This document shows, piece after piece, positions 25,310 to 27,860 of a stretch of 27,860 nt of DNA. The first letter of the stretch is position 1, and every line of letters begins with the position of its first letter. The notes below the pieces were generated by a model. That model saw only the letters and a list, made by a program, of their open reading frames with translations. It did no database searches and had not been told where the DNA came from. The stretch is from a virus (taxonomy: Duplodnaviria > Heunggongvirae > Uroviricota > Caudoviricetes), in IMG/VR virus record IMGVR_UViG_2547132277_000001; one strand, given 5' to 3'. A program made the position numbers and the translations under genes.

Positions 25310-26262
25310 CCGCAAAATATTTTGCCATTCTGACCAATCAGGGCGCGGCGCGGCTGGCGAACGCGGCGGCACTCGGTACCAAACTCAACCTGACGCAGAT
25401 GGCCGTCGGTGATGCGAATGGTACGTTGCCGACCCCTGACCCGGCGCAGACGAAGCTCATTAACCAGAAACGCATCGCGCCGCTGAACCTGCTGACCGTT
25501 GACCCGGCCAATACCAGTCAGATTATCGCGGAACAGATTATTCCCGAGAATGAAGGTGGTTTCTGGATCCGCGAGATTGGTCTCTATGACGATGATGGTA
25601 TTCTGATTGCCGTGGCGAACTGTCCGGAGACCTACAAGCCACAACTGCAGGAGGGAAGCGGTCGCACGCAGACCATTCGCATGATTCTGATTGTGTCGAG
25701 CACATCGGCAATCACCCTGAAAATCGACCCGGCAGTCGTGCTGGCAACGCGCCAGTATGTCGACGACAAGATTATCGAGGTGAAAGGATATGCTGATGAC
25801 CTGATGAAAAAACATGTTGAGGCCGCCAATCCACACAAGCAGTACCCGTTAATCGCTAATGCTCTGAAAGAAATGGTTGACGCGGGACTGGCCGGCGACG
25901 TTCTTAAAAACCTTGGTTTGGGGGAATTGGCTCTGGCTGGCGCAACAACCGGCGCTATGTTGGTGAATGGGTATGTAGCAATTCCATTAATTATTTCTGG
26001 CGTTCGGAGACCACTTATTATCCAGTGGGGAGTGGGGCAGTTTGGGGGAAGTCTGGGGGATGATGCGGGATATTTAAACAATTTCCCTTTCGCTTTTCCG
26101 TCGGCGTGCTACGTGATGGTTGCCAGCCACGTGGGGCATACACCTTCGGGTGCCGGAATACTATCTGCTTCCGCAATCACAAAAAGCGGCTTTCGTGGTT
26201 TTTCCAGCGTAGCGACTGCCGCAAATCCTGTATCGGGCTGTTATGTTGCTATAGGAGGGTGA
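25306..26262 (+). CDS. H: tail fibre protein: P2 gpH-like constant N-terminus plus variable C-terminal domain (orientation-dependent)
   Basis: N-terminal ~160 aa (…MAVGDANGTLPTP…GGFWIREIGLYDDDGILIAVAN…YKPQLQEGSG…) resemble P2 H. The C-terminal part lies beyond the crossover motif at 25902-25927. Confidence 0.85.
   Translation: MTAKYFAILTNQGAARLANAAALGTKLNLTQMAVGDANGTLPTPDPAQTKLINQKRIAPLNLLTVDPANTSQIIAEQIIPENEGGFWIREIGLYDDDGILIAVANCPETYKPQLQEGSGRTQTIRMILIVSSTSAITLKIDPAVVLATRQYVDDKIIEVKGYADDLMKKHVEAANPHKQYPLIANALKEMVDAGLAGDVLKNLGLGELALAGATTGAMLVNGYVAIPLIISGVRRPLIIQWGVGQFGGSLGDDAGYLNNFPFAFPSACYVMVASHVGHTPSGAGILSASAITKSGFRGFSSVATAANPVSGCYVAIGG
25773..25923 (+). repeat. left inverted repeat of the tail-fibre invertible region (151 bp, identical to the reverse complement of 27710-27860)
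   Basis: Direct comparison: plus 25773-25923 equals the reverse complement of 27710-27860. Identity ends at 25923/27710 and is truncated only by the window edge on the other side. Confidence 0.9.
25902..25927. other. hix/gix/cix-like recombination site (serine DNA-invertase crossover site), left copy
   Basis: TTCTTAAAAACC-TT-GGTTTGGGGGAA resembles the Hin hixL site TTCTTGAAAACC-AA-GGTTTTTGATAA as I remember it (11/12 in the left half-site). It sits exactly where sequence identity between the two fibre cassettes ends. Confidence 0.6.
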
Positions 26263-26263
26263 C

Positions 26264-26698
26264 GTGTTTTTTAGTCCATCTTTAAATATTTTTGTGAATC
26301 CTGCGCTTAAGGATGACTACATCAATGTAAATTCATGGCCAGATGATGCTGTTGAAGTTGATGAGCAGGTGTATATTGAGTTTTCCGGATTACCGCCGAA
26401 AGGAAAAATCCGTATCGCTGGGGAAAATGGTTTTCCTGCATGGTCTGAAATTCCACCACCAACGCATGAGGAACAGATTGCCGCAGCCGAATTGAAAAAA
26501 CAGCAATTGATTAATCAGTCCAACGAATATATGAATACCAAGCAATGGCCTGGTAAAGCGGCTATTGGTCGTCTGAAAGGTGAGGAACTGGCGCAATATA
26601 ATTTGTGGCTGGATTATCTGGACGCACTGGAACTGGTTGATACCTCCAGTGCTCCAGATATTGAATGGCCTACGCCTCCGGCAGTTCAGGCCAGATGA
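26264..26698 (+). CDS. tail fibre assembly chaperone (Tfa / gpG-like) for the plus-orientation fibre
   Basis: 144-aa ORF immediately after the fibre C-terminus. AGGAGGG RBS with a GTG start at 26264. Converges tail-to-tail with a second Tfa gene on the minus strand. Confidence 0.65.
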   Translation: MFFSPSLNIFVNPALKDDYINVNSWPDDAVEVDEQVYIEFSGLPPKGKIRIAGENGFPAWSEIPPPTHEEQIAAAELKKQQLINQSNEYMNTKQWPGKAAIGRLKGEELAQYNLWLDYLDALELVDTSSAPDIEWPTPPAVQAR

Positions 26699-27263
26699 CA
26701 TCCGGCGCGGTGCTCGTATCTGTTGCCGTCACCGCGTCAATGTAATCAAGCACGGCGTTAAGCCGGGTGGTTTCTGCCTGCGTCAGCTTCCGCCCGGCCT
26801 GTAATTTCAGCTGAATCAGACTGATGGAAGCCATTGCAGCATCAATCAGTGACTGGCGCTGTGCTTCTGCCGCTTCTACTGCGGCACCGTGTTGTGCCTC
26901 AGTATCTGTCACCCATTTCTCACCATCCCATTTATCATATGGCGTTAACGGTGAAAGCGTGACATAACCGTTTTTGATGGCACCGATATAATCCACTGTA
27001 ACAGCAGCACCATTTTCGATTGAGTAAACAGTCTCATTGCGATGGTCTTCTTCATGGCTCCATCCCTTACCTGTAAATACTGCCACTCTTCCCGGAATGT
27101 TTTCGCCAGGGTCAATACCAGTGGAACAGGCGGGCATACTTACGCCAGTATTAATATATTCATCAGACCAGCCCGTATACTCAGATGTTTCAGCATCATA
27201 ATAAAAACAACGCATATCGCCCGGCACTGTAGCCAGCCCATTTTCATCAAAAAAAGGTTTCAT
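26670..27263 (-). CDS. alternative tail fibre assembly chaperone (Tfa')
   Basis: 197-aa ORF with GAGGG RBS. Its ATG overlaps the stop of the upstream minus-strand fibre C-terminal cassette (TAATG). Its C-terminal region (AVLDYIDAVTATDTSTAPDVIWPELPEA) parallels the plus-strand Tfa C-terminus (DYLDALELVDTSSAPDIEWPTPPA). Confidence 0.7.
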   Translation of the reverse strand: MKPFFDENGLATVPGDMRCFYYDAETSEYTGWSDEYINTGVSMPACSTGIDPGENIPGRVAVFTGKGWSHEEDHRNETVYSIENGAAVTVDYIGAIKNGYVTLSPLTPYDKWDGEKWVTDTEAQHGAAVEAAEAQRQSLIDAAMASISLIQLKLQAGRKLTQAETTRLNAVLDYIDAVTATDTSTAPDVIWPELPEA

Positions 27264-27860
27264 TATTTAGCCCTCACCAGAAAGTTAAATGCAATATTTC
27301 GAGGTCTGACAGCAACAAAACTCACACCATCACCCACAGAGTTACTGGTGAAATTAAATCGTGAAAATCCTGGCTGATTTCCGGCGATGCCATCATGAAA
27401 GTTAATTGCGTGTCCCGCACCTCCGCCTATATTCCCGGCAAACTGAGAAAAGTTTGTAGCTTCCTGCCAGCTTAATAATTCGCGACCACCATCTGCACCT
27501 CGCCCGTCATCCCAGATACGAATGAAATCACCGCGGGCTTCAGGTAATACCAGTGAAGGAAACACTTTCGCCAGCACAGGGTAATCAGAGGCAGAAAATT
27601 TCGCCCCGTTGAACTTCAAAAACACCATACTGGACCAGCTGTCGATTACAGTATTTGGCATTGCAGCGGACGGCCAGAAGAACGGAACACCAATAGCTGG
27701 AGCACCTTCTCCCAAACCAAGGTTTTTAAGAACGTCGCCGGCCAGTCCCGCGTCAACCATTTCTTTCAGAGCATTAGCGATTAACGGGTACTGCTTGTGT
27801 GGATTGGCGGCCTCAACATGTTTTTTCATCAGGTCATCAGCATATCCTTTCACCTCGATA
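27263..27860 (-). CDS. alternative tail fibre variable C-terminal cassette (Hv'), 5' end beyond the window
   Basis: The minus-strand ORF begins with the same 49 residues (KGYADDLMKKHVEAANPHKQYPLIANALKEMVDAGLAGDVLKNLGLGE) encoded by H at 25783-25929, then diverges into a different C-terminal domain. Confidence 0.75.
   Translation of the reverse strand, partial: IEVKGYADDLMKKHVEAANPHKQYPLIANALKEMVDAGLAGDVLKNLGLGEGAPAIGVPFFWPSAAMPNTVIDSWSSMVFLKFNGAKFSASDYPVLAKVFPSLVLPEARGDFIRIWDDGRGADGGRELLSWQEATNFSQFAGNIGGGAGHAINFHDGIAGNQPGFSRFNFTSNSVGDGVSFVAVRPRNIAFNFLVRAK
27710..27860 (-). repeat. right inverted repeat of the tail-fibre invertible region (runs to the window edge)
   Basis: Reverse complement of 27710-27860 is identical to 25773-25923. 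It contains the second hix-like motif at about 27706-27731. Confidence 0.9.

Noticed and set aside
24716-25836. Minus-strand ORFs (218 and 192 aa) antisense to tail genes I and H
   Set aside because: Overlap conserved structural genes; composition typical of antisense frames in GC-rich DNA.
1-27860. CRISPR array or cas genes
   Set aside because: No regularly spaced short direct repeats were seen anywhere. The only substantial repeats are the IS1 terminal IRs and the tail-fibre inverted repeats.

Overview
Enterobacterial chromosome (E. coli/Shigella-type aroF-yfi locus) followed by the left ~24 kb of a P2/186-family prophage that runs off the right edge of the window. Host part: 5' portion of aroF (minus strand) with TyrR-box promoter, yfiL, an IS1 copy (768 bp, no target-site duplication) that has replaced most of yfiR and the last codons of yfiL, then dgcN (yfiN) and yfiB. 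Prophage part: integrase, a low-GC secreted-protein moron, a CI-type repressor with a duplicated HTH domain, Apl-like and CII-like early regulators, TraR/DksA zinc finger, replication gene A, a LexA-box-controlled Tum/DinI-like module, cos, then P2-like portal, terminase, scaffold, capsid, lysis and tail/baseplate genes, ending in an invertible tail-fibre host-range region flanked by 151-bp inverted repeats with hix/gix-like crossover motifs. Two strongly AT-rich cargo islands sit at known P2-family moron positions and are the best candidates for uncharacterised systems: a gene between cos and the portal gene that is split into three reading frames at two homopolymer tracts, and a membrane-anchored pentapeptide-repeat protein between tail genes S and V. 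All protein assignments come from reading the translations and from remembered family signatures; no database search was possible.
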